Source: Eledone cirrhosa (lineage: Eukaryota). Taken from it: a DNA stretch of 64,000 nucleotides. This document shows, one piece after another, positions 1 through 14,079 of this stretch; within the stretch, counting starts at the first letter, position 1, and each line of letters opens with the position of its first letter. Under the pieces are notes generated by a model. That model saw only the letters and a list, made by a program, of their open reading frames with translations. It was not told the DNA's origin and ran no database searches. The stretch covers positions 312,170,001 through 312,234,000 of the forward strand of contig OZ024742.1 of NCBI GenBank assembly GCA_964016885.1. Direction: 5' to 3'. A program made the translations under genes and the position numbers.

Positions 1-187
1 ACCTCGGCTGGATTTGACCACAAAGGGTCGTAACTCTTTGCTGCAAAGCAGCATGGCGTCAGTCCCTCTACCGATACTGCCAATCCACCGCCCATATGTA
101 TAATATATAATATATATAATATATATTTATAATATATAATATATATAATATATATGTATAATATATAGATATATATATATATATATA

Positions 188-630
188 CTAGCAGTGCTAC
201 CCGGCATTGCATGGGATAAGGTATTTTGGAACGCGGGCTGCCAACAGACCTAATCGTGGAAAAACTGCATGCCTGGACAATTTGTAAAGAAAATAAACCG
301 AATACTCTAATGGCTGGATAATCTTTAAGATTTTCCTCGATGAAGCAGGAAAAATGAATTTTTTTTATGTGCATAATATGGCTGGAAATTTCGGGAAAAT
401 CGGCTAGATGTAACACCTCCAAAAAGCCCTGAAAAGTTTTTCACCTAATGCGGGCCCTAGGCCATAAAAAAGTTGGATTTTCTTTGATCACTATATGAAG
501 AAGACACTGACTAATACATATTTAGAATTTCAAGGAAATTGGTCTGACGTAACACCTCAAAAACCCCTAAAAACCTGAAAAAAATGCAGTTTTTCACCTA
601 ATGCTCTAACCACATTGCATGTGCCTCCAT
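188..630 (-). mobile_element. Non-autonomous Helitron, 3' part (5' end lost in the adjacent TA satellite)
   Basis: Minus strand ends cccatgcaatgccgggtagcactgCTAG|t, i.e. a GC hairpin about 8 nt before CTAG followed by T. It has an internal ~75-bp direct repeat (~385-455 vs ~527-605) containing aatttc...aaatcgg-like motifs. Confidence 0.7.
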
Positions 631-655
631 TATATATATATATAATATATATATG

Positions 656-701
<46 letters not shown>

Positions 702-711
702 TGTATAATAT

Positions 712-745
<34 letters not shown>

Positions 746-762
746 ATATATATGTATAATAT

Positions 763-794
<32 letters not shown>

Positions 795-811
795 ATATAT
801 ATGTATAATAT

Positions 812-843
<32 letters not shown>

Positions 844-1334
844 ATATATATGTATAATATATATATATATAATATATATATATATATAACATATATGTAT
901 AATATATATATATATAATATATATATAATATATATGTATAATATATATATATATACAATATATATATATACAATATATATGTATAATATATATATATATA
1001 CAATATATATGTATACAATATATATGTATAATATATATATATATACAATATATATGTATACAATATATATGTATAATATATATACAATATATATGTATAC
1101 AATATATATATATACAATATATATGTATAATATATAGATATATACAATATATATGTATAATATATATATATATAATATATATATATATACAATATATATA
1201 TATAATATATATATATATACAATATATATGTATAATATATATATATATAATATATATATATATACAATATATATATATATATAATATATATATATATATA
1301 ATATATATATATATACAATATATATGTATAATAT

Positions 1335-1368
<34 letters not shown>

Positions 1369-2174
1369 CAATATATATGTATAATATATATATATATAAT
1401 ATATATATATATAATATATATATATATATATACAATATATATGTATAATATATATATATATAATATATATATATATAATCTATATATATATATATACAAT
1501 ATATATGTATAATATATATATATATAATATATATATATATGTATAATATATATATATATATAATATACATATATATATATACAATATATATGTATAATAT
1601 ATATATATATAATATATATATATATAATATATATATATAATATATATATATAATATATATATATATATATAATATATATATATATAATATATATATATAT
1701 ATATAATATATATATATATAATATATATATATATATATACAATATATATGTATAATATATATATATATAATATATATATATATAATATATATATATAATA
1801 TATATATATAATATATGTATAATATATATATATATAATATATATATATATAATATATATGTATAATATATATATATATAATATATATATATATAATATAT
1901 ATATATAATATATATATATAATATATATATATAATATATGTATAATATATATATAATATATATATATATAATATATATATATATAATATATATATATAAT
2001 ATATATATATAATATATATATATAATATATGTATAATATATATATATATAATATATATGTATAATATATATATATATATAAGATATATATATATAATATA
2101 TATATAATATATATATAATATATATATATATATAATATATATATATATAATATATATATATATAATATATATAT

Positions 2175-2205
<31 letters not shown>

Positions 2206-2222
2206 ATATATATATATATAAT

Positions 2223-2306
<84 letters not shown>

Positions 2307-2330
2307 AATATATATATATATATATATATG

Positions 2331-2368
<38 letters not shown>

Positions 2369-2526
2369 AATATATATATATATATATGTATAATATATAT
2401 ATATATGTATAATATATATATATAATATATATGTATAATATATATATATATATATATAATATATGTATATATATATATATAATATATGTATATATATATA
2501 TATATTATATATATGTATAATATATA

Positions 2527-2557
<31 letters not shown>

Positions 2558-2558
2558 G

Positions 2559-2604
<46 letters not shown>

Positions 2605-2670
2605 TATATAATATAAATATATAATATATATAATATATATATATAATATATATATATAAAATATATATAT
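631..2670. repeat. ~2-kb compound (TA)n satellite punctuated by TAA, TGTATAA and TACAA units
   Basis: Direct reading. Source of the long YI/IY ORFs. Confidence 0.98.
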
Positions 2671-3905
2671 ATGTGTGTCTGTGTGTGTATATATATATAG
2701 AGAGAGAGTGTAAGGGAGAGGAAAAGAGTGATGAAAATATATAGGAAGATAGAAAGACAAACATAAGTTGTGAAAATACTACTAAGAACACATGATGACT
2801 AGTAGAAAATCAATAGAGTGAAGTAAAGTGATTGGTTGAACTACATTTGACAGGTAGGTATGGAGGCAAGCATTAGTTCCAAGTTAGATGACTAATGGTG
2901 AAAGGATGGAGAAGACACTGATGTTGAGCAAAGCTCCCCAAGAAAACAAACTTGTCAGATGAAAATATAATGCATATATGTGATATGGTGTATGTGTGTT
3001 GCAGGTTAAACTGTTGTTTTTTATTTTTTAATTTTTCTCTCATGCATGCTCGAGTATGTGATTGCATGTGGTGTATGTATAAGAGAGAATTTACCTTTTA
3101 ATATGAATCAATATACACAAAATGTGTGATTATGTATGTATGTATGTTTGTGATTGTTCGTGTGTGTATGTTTGTGATTATGTGTGTGATTGTGTCAGTT
3201 TATGTGTGAGAGAAAGAGAGGTGAGAAGAAAGAGAAAGTGCTTAGTATGCAAATGAGGGATGTGGGTGATTGTGTTCCCAAGAATACTAATATACATTCA
3301 TAAGTATGCATGTGTGAGTAAGGATGATTTTTATGGAATAAATATATACAATGATAAGGGCAAGTGATGTGTGCTTGTGTGAGTTTGATAATGTGAATAT
3401 GAAAATGTAAGTGTATGCAATTGGAGTGTTTGTGTTAGTGTACTTGCAGTTACATGTGCATATGTTAACTAAATCATTATCTGAAGAAAAGGCTAAAGAC
3501 AGGAAGGGAAATCCACATTGTATTTAAGTTATAAATAACAAAACAAATTTGCATATGCAAATTAAGAGATGGAAAAGTATGCAAGCAATAACAAAGAACA
3601 TGTCTCCTTTTTATTGCTTTACCCAATAAAGAGTCATATTTGAAGCTAGTAGATGAGAGCATCCTTTTGTCATCCACTGCCTTCTAATGATAGTGGTTTG
3701 TACCAAGTAACATATCTCTATAAATGCCAGTCCATTCCATTCATGTGAAATCAATTAAAAGGGGTTGAAGATTACGTTATGAAGATGATAAGATAGAATA
3801 GAGTAAGTGGTTTGTTGGTCAGTGTTATTCTATATTAGATGCAGCAAAATCTTTTTGAAACAATGACACCATATACACCCTAACTTATTTTCATTATTGT
3901 TTTGA

Positions 3906-4862
3906 TTGACTTTGCCTTTCATCCTTACGGGGTCGATAAAATAAAGTACCAGTAATGCACTGGTTAATTGCTGGCCTTGTGCCTAAAGTAGAAACAATTA
4001 TTGTTTTAATGCTTTGAAGTATAGAGTTACGGCCCTTGCCATTCTGAGTTCAAATCCCGCCAAGGTTAACTTTGCCTTTCATCCTTACGGGGTCGATAAA
4101 ATAAAGTACCAGTAATGTACTGGTTAATTGCTGGCCTTGTGCCCAACGTAGAAACAATTGTTGTTTTAATGACCACTTTTTCAATATAACTGCTTCGTAG
4201 CATAGGTTGAAAGGGATTTAAATGATTCTCTGTGACATCACCTAAAACGTGTGGCTTGTAAGAGCCTGAGAAATACCATCCCCTCAAGGTTAGCTTTGCC
4301 TTTCATCCTTATGGGGTTGATAAAATAAAGTACCAGTCACACACTGGGGTCGATTTAATCGACTTTTCCCCTCCCCTTCAAATTGCAGGCCTTGTGCCTA
4401 AAGTAGAAACAATTATTATCATTATCAACATCATACTGTTAATCGGTAGAGCGTCAGAGAAAATGCTTCATGACGCTTTATATTTTGAATTTAAATTCCA
4501 CCAAGGTCTACATTGCCTTTCATTCTTTAGAGATTGATGAAATGAAGTACCAACAAAGCACTAGGGTCATTTTAATCGAGTCTTTCCTTCTGTGTGCCTA
4601 AACTTGAAATCATTTTTATCCACCTCTTTAGGGCGATGGATTGGCAGTATTGGTAGAGCGTTGGACACCAAGCTTTGTGGCATGGAGTTATGCCCCTTTA
4701 TGTACTGAGGCCAAATCCCTCCAAGGTTAGCTTTGCCTTTCATCCTTACGGGGTCAATAAAATAAAATACCAGTAACACACTGGGGTTGATTTAATCGAC
4801 TTACATCTCCCACCCCACACACACAAATTGTTGGCCTTGTTCCTAAATCAGAAATCATTATT
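3906..4862 (+). mobile_element. Array of five same-orientation SINE family 1 copies or fragments
   Basis: Core repeated at ~3910, 4065, 4290, 4505 and 4725. Confidence 0.88.
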
Positions 4863-5195
4863 ATCAACCTCATTAGAGCAGTGTATTATCTATCTAGTAT
4901 AGTTTCTATGTTTATGTAAGAAGCAAGCACGTAACTTTACATTTCATCCTTCTAAGCATCAATAAAATATATACTAGTCAAGTACAAGACTCAGTGTATT
5001 ATCTCCCCTTCCTACTACTAAATTTGTTGCCACGTTAGAAATCATAATCATTATAAATATCATCAGTCTCCTTTTCAGGCCCCATCACTTACAATCAAGT
5101 ATGACTTAGTAATATGCACCATGCCTTTGCTCAAGCTTATAGGCGTCCATGTAGTCACGAGAAAACACAGACACCCTTTTTACACTCCTCCTCAT

Positions 5196-5411
5196 TTAAC
5201 CCTTTAGCATTTACATTACTCTATATATACTATTGTATATTTATGGTAAAGGCTTTATCTCACATAATATCCAATCTATGAGATTTTGATATTATTTATT
5301 TTGAGAACAATACCTTAATATAAGTATGAATAGCAAGTTACAGCCGGTTTGAACAGAAAGAGGTGAGAGAATTCTGGCCGGATATGGCTGGTTTAAATGC
5401 TAAAGGATTAA
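5196..5411 (+). mobile_element. TTAA-specific (piggyBac-type) MITE, family A
   Basis: TTAA|CCCTTTAGCATTTA ... TAAATGCTAAAGGA|TTAA. Confidence 0.88.
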
Positions 5412-6580
5412 AACATCCATGATACTACATTTGGAAGGAGAAAGGGCTGCACCAGCACTGGGATGGTTCTATTTTTATCAACCCTGAAAATAGTTGATAA
5501 AGTGGCAGGATTTGAACTTAGAGCACAGAGAGCCAGAACAAATATCCAACATTTTAACAACTCTTGCTAAATAGAGTCACATCATTACCATCACTTTAAC
5601 CAGCTGTAACTGGCCACTCATACTGATTTTAAGGTATTGTTCTCAAAATAAATAATATCAAAATCTCATAGATTCAATATTATATGAAATAAAGTGTTTA
5701 CTACGAAAATACAATAGTATATATGGAGTAATGTAAATGTTAAAGGGTTAAGCTTACTAATTTCATGTGTTTTATCATAGAAACTGTATACAGAAGTAAG
5801 ATTCCATTTTTTAAAGCAGAACTTTAGTTAAAAGCATAGCTTTTTGGCAAGATGTATTCATTAATGTTAATCCCATAATGTAAGGTTAAAATTAAGGGTT
5901 TTAAAGATATTTTACCAGGACTTTTTGCTATAACAGACAATACTGTTGAACAGTCAAAGTACCAGAATATTTTCTTATATTATGTTTTACTGTCTTTGTT
6001 ACTGAGAAAATAGTAGTCACTACTCAGTCACTTCAGAGTTGAATAAGAGATTAGTATTAAAAATATTTGAATTAACGAATCTTTTATTGTTGGCTTTAAT
6101 TTTGAGATGAAGCATTATGATAGTGTTTTTGATGTGTCTTGGAAAATAATAATAATCTTGCTCTTGATATCTTTCATCCCTCATCAACGATTTATGTTAC
6201 AAGAGATAAAGTAATTGATGCTAAACCAACTGAAAACGCCCAAGTATCTATGATACAAAGCTATTTTAAAAGGTCTATAATTATCAAAAATCCATCCATC
6301 ATAATTTTATGCAAGAACCTTTGTTACATTGTAACAAACACTGGCTTAAAAATGAGTACTAAATCCTTCCAAATTCTTGATTATTTTCAAAGTTATTTGA
6401 AAATCATAGGCAGTGTCTTTTATGAGAAATATAGTAATAAAAAGGTGGAATGTTAATCATAAAAGCAATCGAGGATAAATTCTAATAATTTTGAAACTTA
6501 ATAACTTTATTCACTGTTATATTGGAGTTATATGAGAGCAATTAAGAAGGGATGTGTAGAAACACTTTCTTAACTTCATT

Positions 6581-6762
6581 TTGGCAGTATCGGTAGAGGG
6601 TCGGACGCCATGCTTTGATGCATAGAGTTACGGCCCTTGCTATTCTGAGTTCAAATCCCGCCGAGGTTAACTTTGCCTTTCATCCTTACGGGGTCGATAA
6701 AATAAAGTACCAGTAATGTACTGGGTAATTTCTGGCCTTGTGCCAATAGTAGAAACAATTAT
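6581..6762 (+). mobile_element. tRNA-derived SINE family 1, young short subfamily
   Basis: A-box-like TGGCAGTATCGG, B-box GTTCAAATCC, core gcctttcatccttacggggtcgataaaataaagtaccag and an (ATT)n tail. From memory the core resembles the Meta/MESC central domain; this is unverified. Confidence 0.88.
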
Positions 6763-7115
6763 AATGATTATTTTGCTATTCCTTAAAATGGCAGTTGATG
6801 AAGAATATTTCAGGTGTTAAAATAATAGAAATTAAAGGTAGTTAAACATAATGGTGAAAAATATTTACTGAAAAACATCAGTGATAAACTATAGATTATT
6901 CTAGAGGCTTCTAATATTTTTGGAGTCAAGTGTATGGATAAATAAATACCAGCCTAAATGCAAAATGTGACAAAACCTTTTGTTTTAGCAAAACACACAC
7001 ACATATATATATATGAGCAAGACAAGGTCAGCCGACTGGACACTGCCCACAACAGGACAACCCGTCTAACCCATGCTAGCATGGAATATGTTTCGCTAAA
7101 ACAATATATGTGTGC

Positions 7116-7168
<53 letters not shown>

Positions 7169-7199
7169 TGCATATGTATATATACATATATACACACAT

Positions 7200-7454
7200 T
7201 TAACCCTTTTGATACCAAATCACCTAAAACCACTTTTGTTTTTATAATACAAAACTTTATTTTAATTATCTGAAAACTTTCTATCATAATTTTATACAAG
7301 AAGCTTTGCTAAATTATACTTCAAATACCATCTTAATAATGAGAAAGTTATTTATATTACTAAAGTTCTCCAAATTCTAGGTAATTTTGAAAATGATTTG
7401 AGAATCATAAGCAGGGTTTCTTTTTTTTTTATTAGAAATAAGGTAACAAAAGGG
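7200..7454 (+). mobile_element. TTAA-type MITE, family B (~250 bp, older)
   Basis: ttaa|CCCTTTTGATACC ... GGTAACAAAAGGG. Further copies at ~6250-6457, 24226-24472, 32048-32297, 33580-34030, 34880-35090, 43650-43791, 47655-48355(-), 48800-49157, 55700-56131(-), 58834-59070(-), 61310-61540 and 62805-63045. Confidence 0.8.
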
Positions 7455-9339
7455 CTATGTGGGTAAGAGATAAAAAAATGCCTAACATTAAAATTAAATA
7501 CACAAAAAACTTTTCTTCTCTTAAATAGTTTTTGCTTCCCAAAATCATGTTCAGTTAACCATCACTTAGTTTTTATAAGAATTTCTATCAGCTGCTGGGT
7601 CAAAATGATTTAAAATATGGTTATTTATAGTAACTATCATTGAGTGCTGCTAACAGCTGTAGACGTACAAGGGTTAAGAGCTAACTAGTTCTCACAATGG
7701 CTGATATAATAAATGATATAGAATATTTTTCAAAAGGCAGCTAAGTTGTTTAAAAGGATTTACTTTAAGAGGAGAATATTTCAGGATTTGAAAGACATTT
7801 ATACTAAATAAATAGTAAAAGAAATATGAAAAACATGATAGCATAGACTAAGATAAGAAAAACAAAAGATTGAGTGTGTTATAAAAACAAGTTCTCAGCT
7901 GTTTAAAAACAAATGAAACAATGAGACATCATTAACATTTTAGAAGGAATTTGAAATAAAATAATACATTTTATAAGTGAAAATGCAATAATATATTTTA
8001 GTAGTTTTTAGCAAGCTGCTATATATTATTAATGAAATCAGCAATCTTTAGTAAAGTGAGATATCAAAAAAAAAATGGAAGGATCATAAACCTGAGAGCA
8101 GATGTAAGACAATAAATAAAATTTAAACCAAAGCTAAAAGAAACTGTCATAAAGAAGTATAGAATAAAAAATAAAAAAACACAAAGAAAGGAGTATTTTC
8201 TGACTCACTTAAGAGAAGAATTTCTCAGCAAAAATAATGTGATTGTGACCTCATTAATATTTTATGAAACAACAATACAAAAAGGTAATGATTTCCTATA
8301 AAAATGCATTAATTATTTACACAACTTTTAATATTTAAGAAGTTAAATAAACATTGTTGTATGACATAGTCCTTGTGAGTTAGTGAGGTTAATCTTAGTT
8401 TAAATTTGTAAACAAGTTACTGAGATATTTTATAATAATTACAGATTATAAATAGTCTAGGATTTAAAACCCAAGGCTTAGGAAAAGGTCAAAGTGGAAG
8501 AAAAGGCAAGAAATCCTAGATTAATGTCAGAAAAAGTCTTGAAAATAAATGCATGACTTAGAGAGAAGTTTTAAATGTGCATTTGTGTGTTTAAAGAATG
8601 GAGAAGAATGGAAAAGAATGGAAAAGAATGACAGCTAACTCAGAGAGTAATGAATTTTAAAAAGAACATTTAAATAAAATAAAGCCAAAACATAGCAAAA
8701 AAAAAAAAATTTTTCTATATCCATAATATTGATTTGAAAAATAAAATTCAATTATCAAATTTCAAACAATTAAAAGAAACAACACAATACTAATCATTAA
8801 GCTAGTTGTCAAGATGAAAGAAAAAAAAACAAAAAACAAAAAACAAGTAAACAAATGCCATCATGTTAAGAGCTTTTTAGAGAAACAAATGAATATGGTT
8901 AAATTGTTTTAGAAAAAAATTTCTTTTTTAAATAACTTAGTTTTTTAAATTAAAAATGGAGGAAATTAAACCAACTTGAAATTAAAAGCAGTAAAAAAAA
9001 AGTTAGGCAACTTTTATGAAAGGGGTTAAACATCACAAGTTAATATATTATTATGATACTATATTATAAAATTGACAGTCGATCGACAAGATCCCAGACC
9101 TCATTCGCAACAAATGAGGTGGAGCCCGTCAAATCGGACCGAGGAAACAATGTTTCCATTGGTCTTTCCAATTGTTAATAGTATCTGTTGGTCACAACTC
9201 CAGGCAGAAGGAGCAATGTGAAATAAAGTGTCTTGCTCAAGGACATAACACATCGCCCGGTCCTGGAATCGAACTTATCTCACGATTGTGGATCCAATTC
9301 TCTAACTACTCAGCTTCACAAACATAAATATTTAATCTA

Positions 9340-9690
9340 CCATATCATCATCATCACCATTTTACATCCATTTTTCCACACTAGCATGGGTTAGACGAGT
9401 TATCCTGTTGTGAGCAATGCCAGGTGACCATGTCTTGCTCATACAGAACTGATTTGGGCTTGGTTTCTACAGCTGGATGCCCTTCCTAATGCCAACCTCA
9501 TTTACAGTGAGTACTGGGTACTTTTTGTTGTGACACCTACACGACCACTTTACAGAGTGGGCTGGGTGCTTTTTATGGTGACACCTATATGACCACTTTA
9601 CTGGGCGCTTTTTGTTGTGTTGCCATCACGACCACATTACAGTGTGGGCTGGGCGCTTTTTGCTGTGTCGTCATTACAACTACTTTACTG
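9340..9690 (-). mobile_element. Retroposon family 4 with a (TGA)n 3' tail and internal ~45-bp tandem repeats; other copies at ~7015-7095(+), 14190-14335, 34215-34400, 41720-41925, 42140-42380, 45450-45720(+) and 59540-59990
   Basis: catcatcatc...ttttccacactagcatgggttagac...tttctacagctggatgcccttcctaatgccaacc, followed by repeats of accactttacag.g.g..ctgggtgcttttt. Confidence 0.75.
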
Positions 9691-12211
9691 TGAAATAATA
9701 ATGTGTGGGAGGAAGCTGCAATAGTGGAAGACAAAGGAAGCCCTGGGCAGGAGTGGTGAGAGAAGATTTAAAAACAATGAACCTGTCAACGGAGATGACA
9801 ATGGAACGCAATAGTTGGAGACAAGTTGTGCTGCAAAAGTGGACATAAAAGGATAATGATGATGATTATGAGGAGGATATTTCCAATGCAGGATTTATTT
9901 TATTAACCCCGTAAGGATGAAAGGCAAAGTTAACCTCGGTGGGATTTGAACTTACTTCATAATAATAATATAAATGTTTCTACTTTTGACACAAGGCCAG
10001 CAATTATCCCAGTGTATTAGTGGTACTTTATTTTATCAACCCCATAAGGATGAAAGGTTTCTAATTTATGTCCAAAGCCAGCAATTGAGGTGTGTGTGTG
10101 TGAAAGGGGGTCAATCATATCAACATCAGTACATGATTGGTACAACAATTTAGTGACCGTGGAAGGATGAAAGGTAAAGTTGACTTCGGTAGAATGTTAA
10201 CAATACAAAATATATTGCTTTATCTTCTGTACCTAATCACCATCTAGTGATAACATTTTGACTTTTTCAGACTAACATTTATACACACACACACTCTCTT
10301 AAACAATATAGAGTGTGTGCCTCTTTAAAATGTGTGTGGTAAAAATATTAAGTTTTAAATCACTATAGTAAAATTGCATGAATTACGTGGTTTTCTCACT
10401 TAAAATATAGTATGAACTCATTAAAATCTGCCATAGAGAAGCTACCATACATTTTGTAATGTTTTATTGACAGGAACTATGAAAGCAAAACAATAGCAGT
10501 TAGAATGTCATAAAGACAATAAAATTTCTATTTACATTACACATTGGAGATTATTACTATCGGCAAGAAAAGTTAAGATGTCAGCGAAACATTGGAAAAT
10601 TGTAAGCTTTTAACGACACACATATATATATATAGATGAAGTTTAAATATAGTTTTACAATTATACCACTAAGTTTAAATCTATAATTTTAATGGACTTC
10701 CTTTGCCAAGACCATTCAGACACCATTATAACTGGTTCAAGAGAGTGGAAAATATGAGAAACAATTATAGTGGGTAATTGGATGAGCTTTTCAAAAGGTA
10801 CACCCATATAAATCATATTTGTATTGTTCTTTCATACACATACACACAACTATACTTCCATTCCACTACTTTTCAATCAATATCTGAACAAGTTCCATCA
10901 CTTCACAGAGTTCACACAATCTTTTCACTACAATAAAGATGATGAATCAATTCTACCTCATCATCAAACAGGAACTGAGACAACTATTAACTTATATAAT
11001 AATCATCATCAGCTATCGTCTGCTCTTAACATGTAGAATACCATGGAACGCCATCTACGTCTTTCCTATACTGACCTTATACATTTTAAGCTTGTGTACG
11101 TCTTGATATTATCTAATCACGCAATTCTTCGTTTCTCTCTTCCCCTATATTTTACTTTTATTTTTAATAATCAAACATCTTGAATTACCCTACATTAAAT
11201 CTCTAATGGAAATAGCAGACCTGTGAAAGGAAATAATGCAAAAATAACAGTAGCGTGGCGTTTTCAGTGCCTGTGGGACAAAGACACTTTTAGCGCCTCC
11301 ACCGTGATTAAGTTATGATAAACTAGAGGAAATTTTGGGCCCTTCACACTCTCACGAAAACACCTCTCGTTCACCTTTGCTATATATACTTCTGATTAAT
11401 TAACGCTAGAACCCACTAAGTAGTATAATACAGTTGTTGTCTAATCCCCTTATTGATAGGAACACTGGTCAAAGGTGCTCCATCCTTGATCATCCCATCT
11501 TTCGTCAGACAGTGTATCTAAGACTAATTTAAGGCATGGGAGTTATGAAAGATTTAGCTACTATTTCTAGCAATTCGAGTGACCATGTAAAGTCTTAATC
11601 GTTGGCATCAGTAACTATTTATACAGTAATGAACAGAGATCAGACTTGAAGTCAGAGACCGAGAAAGAACAATATTAAAAACATTATTAATCCATATATA
11701 TATATTAAATATTGGTGTTGAAAAGAAATGATGTTTTTTTACATTAAAAAATACAGGCTGAAAAAGCAAGCTATTTATTATCGATTTGATGCGATTTTTA
11801 TGGGACAAAAGTGCAAGTGAACTCATACAGCACACAGTAAAGAAACAAAATAGAATTCAGGACTCTTGAGATAATCTACGTCACTAAAAACATTTCTGCA
11901 AAAAAGGCTCTGCCCTCTTAACGACACAAAGTTATTTTACAAATTTTATTAACAGAATAAACAGTTTAAAGGTCAGTGCATGTAAGGGAGACAACTACGG
12001 TGGCTAGGAATGCTCGCTACACGAAAAAAAAAATGTTTGACAATTTTTGTTATTTTCGTATTCGGAGTTAGAATAATACGCTCATCAAATAATATCACAA
12101 GTAGAGTTTAAATGAAGCGAAAAATTGCGTATTAAAATAATAATGATGATTAATTCAGTAGAGAGACTATTGTGTACTTTTGCCATCCATATAACATGCA
12201 ACCCTCTAAAC

Positions 12212-12502
12212 CAGACACAGGCAACCTTTTTCTAAAACGGGTTTTATAGAATACTTTTCCTCATAAACCGGACTGCATAACTAAAAGAATTATTCAACAA
12301 TCATCGTATGTAATACAAAGTACACTATATAATAAACTAAGTAAACCACTAGAAAAAGAATCGAGAGAAAGGAACGAAATTGTTCAGAACAACGGTCCTG
12401 GCCTGAAGAAAACGTTAAAAACCTTAGTAAAAAGTTACGTTTATACAATCATGGCTGTATGCCATACAGAAAGGCTCATGTGCAGTAGATTGTGCATACG
12501 TG
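12212..12502. mobile_element. Decayed hAT (Charlie-like) MITE
   Basis: Perfect 8-bp TSD ctctaaac (12204-12211 and 12503-12510). Degenerate TIRs cagacacaggcaacc / gattgtgcatacgtg. Confidence 0.65.
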
Positions 12503-14079
12503 CTCTAAACGTTACTTAAAATTAAAGCAAGGTTATTTAGATTCGTGGAAAAGTAAATAATTTTATTTTTCATTGTTCGCCGTATACTAAAATAAAATTG
12601 ACGAAAAGTAAACTGTGAAACTATATTGTCATAACGCTCGAAACACATAGGACACAGTGTGAAAGTAACCCGTTCCTATGTTTTGTCAAGACTATCAAGG
12701 TCGTTATTGAAATAATTTAGGAAGAGAAAGAAACGATAATGTTGACTGAATTCAATGAAAACGTACAGCCACACTATATATCTTCTAGCATAAATAGTTG
12801 TAATATATGCTCCTGATGAGCAGATATAACACAATGTATACTTTGAAATTACATTGTCAAAAGATTAGTTCTCTTATGCATGACAACTAATAAATAATAT
12901 TTCAGTGGATCAGATATTAATCTTAACAAATATGTTAAACATTTATTCCAGCAAAGCCTCAACAACTCCATTAAACTTTGGGATTGCCAGAGAATAGGAA
13001 AAGATTTACTTGTCAAAGATATACTGAAACTATAATTGATCTCATTTTTCATTTCTAGAGCTTGTTGCTTGACTAACACTGAAAATGTTACTTTAAAATA
13101 GAAACAATCCCTAAAGTTAGTAATGAACGCTGTTTTAAAATTCTTTACTGAGACAAAAAGACAGTATGGGAAAACAGTAAGATAGTTGAATGAAAGATGC
13201 ACATTACGTCATTTATAAATAGAAAATAAAGAAAATAAGCCAATCATAAAATTGGATCAAGGAAACTGTTTCTATTTGTAATACTATCTATCAGTCACAA
13301 CACTTGGCAGAAGATTCAGGAGGTTGAATTTGAACTCAGAATACACAGGAGCAGAACAGAAGCTGCAAGGCATCTTAACAACTCAGTTAATTCACTGCCC
13401 CTGGACCGGTACTATATTTATCGATACTCGAAAGTATATAGGCAAAGTTGACCTCGGCTGGATTTCAACTCACGAGTGCAGAAAGCCAGAACAAATAGAC
13501 ACATTTAATTCAACACTCATAATATCGTTGCCAATTCACTAATCAACATAAATTTTACTTTGTAAATACAATTAATGTTTTTAGAAATTGGTATGAGTGT
13601 GTGATACACACACAATATTACCAAATTAACCTTTTTTCTACTATAACTGTTCCAATGTAAGTCCCTAATGCCATTTTCACAGACAGGAATAAAATCTAGA
13701 TGTAGTTGCTAATTAGTCAGTTATCTATTACAAGCTGCTGCTATACAGTGACATGCTTTAAAATACAAACCTGCCTGATTGCTTGCCCGCCTGCCTGCTT
13801 GGCTGTCTGTCTGTCACTTACTCAGTTTACACATCACTCAGATCCATTTCCAGCTTGGCAATCATCTCAAATATGTTGACATTTTATAACCAACAAATAT
13901 ATCTTTCTCTGAAACGTTCAAGGCCATAGGGGCTTATGAAATATGAAGTTGTGATATTAATTCTTTTCCTAAGAAGCATTAATAAACCCCAATCTGAGGC
14001 AGGGATTATACCAGGAGATGGTATTTAAAAATTAGTGTAAGTGTACATATTGAAAGGGTTGTGTAAAGTTTGTTGAATC

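Noticed and set aside
557-2791. 744-aa ORF and overlapping YI-rich ORFs
   Set aside because: Translations of a (TA)n satellite that lacks stops on one strand; no coding complexity.
9520-9690. Regularly spaced ~45-bp repeats as a CRISPR-like array
   Set aside because: Contiguous degenerate tandem units with no unique spacers, inside a eukaryotic retroposon; no cas genes.
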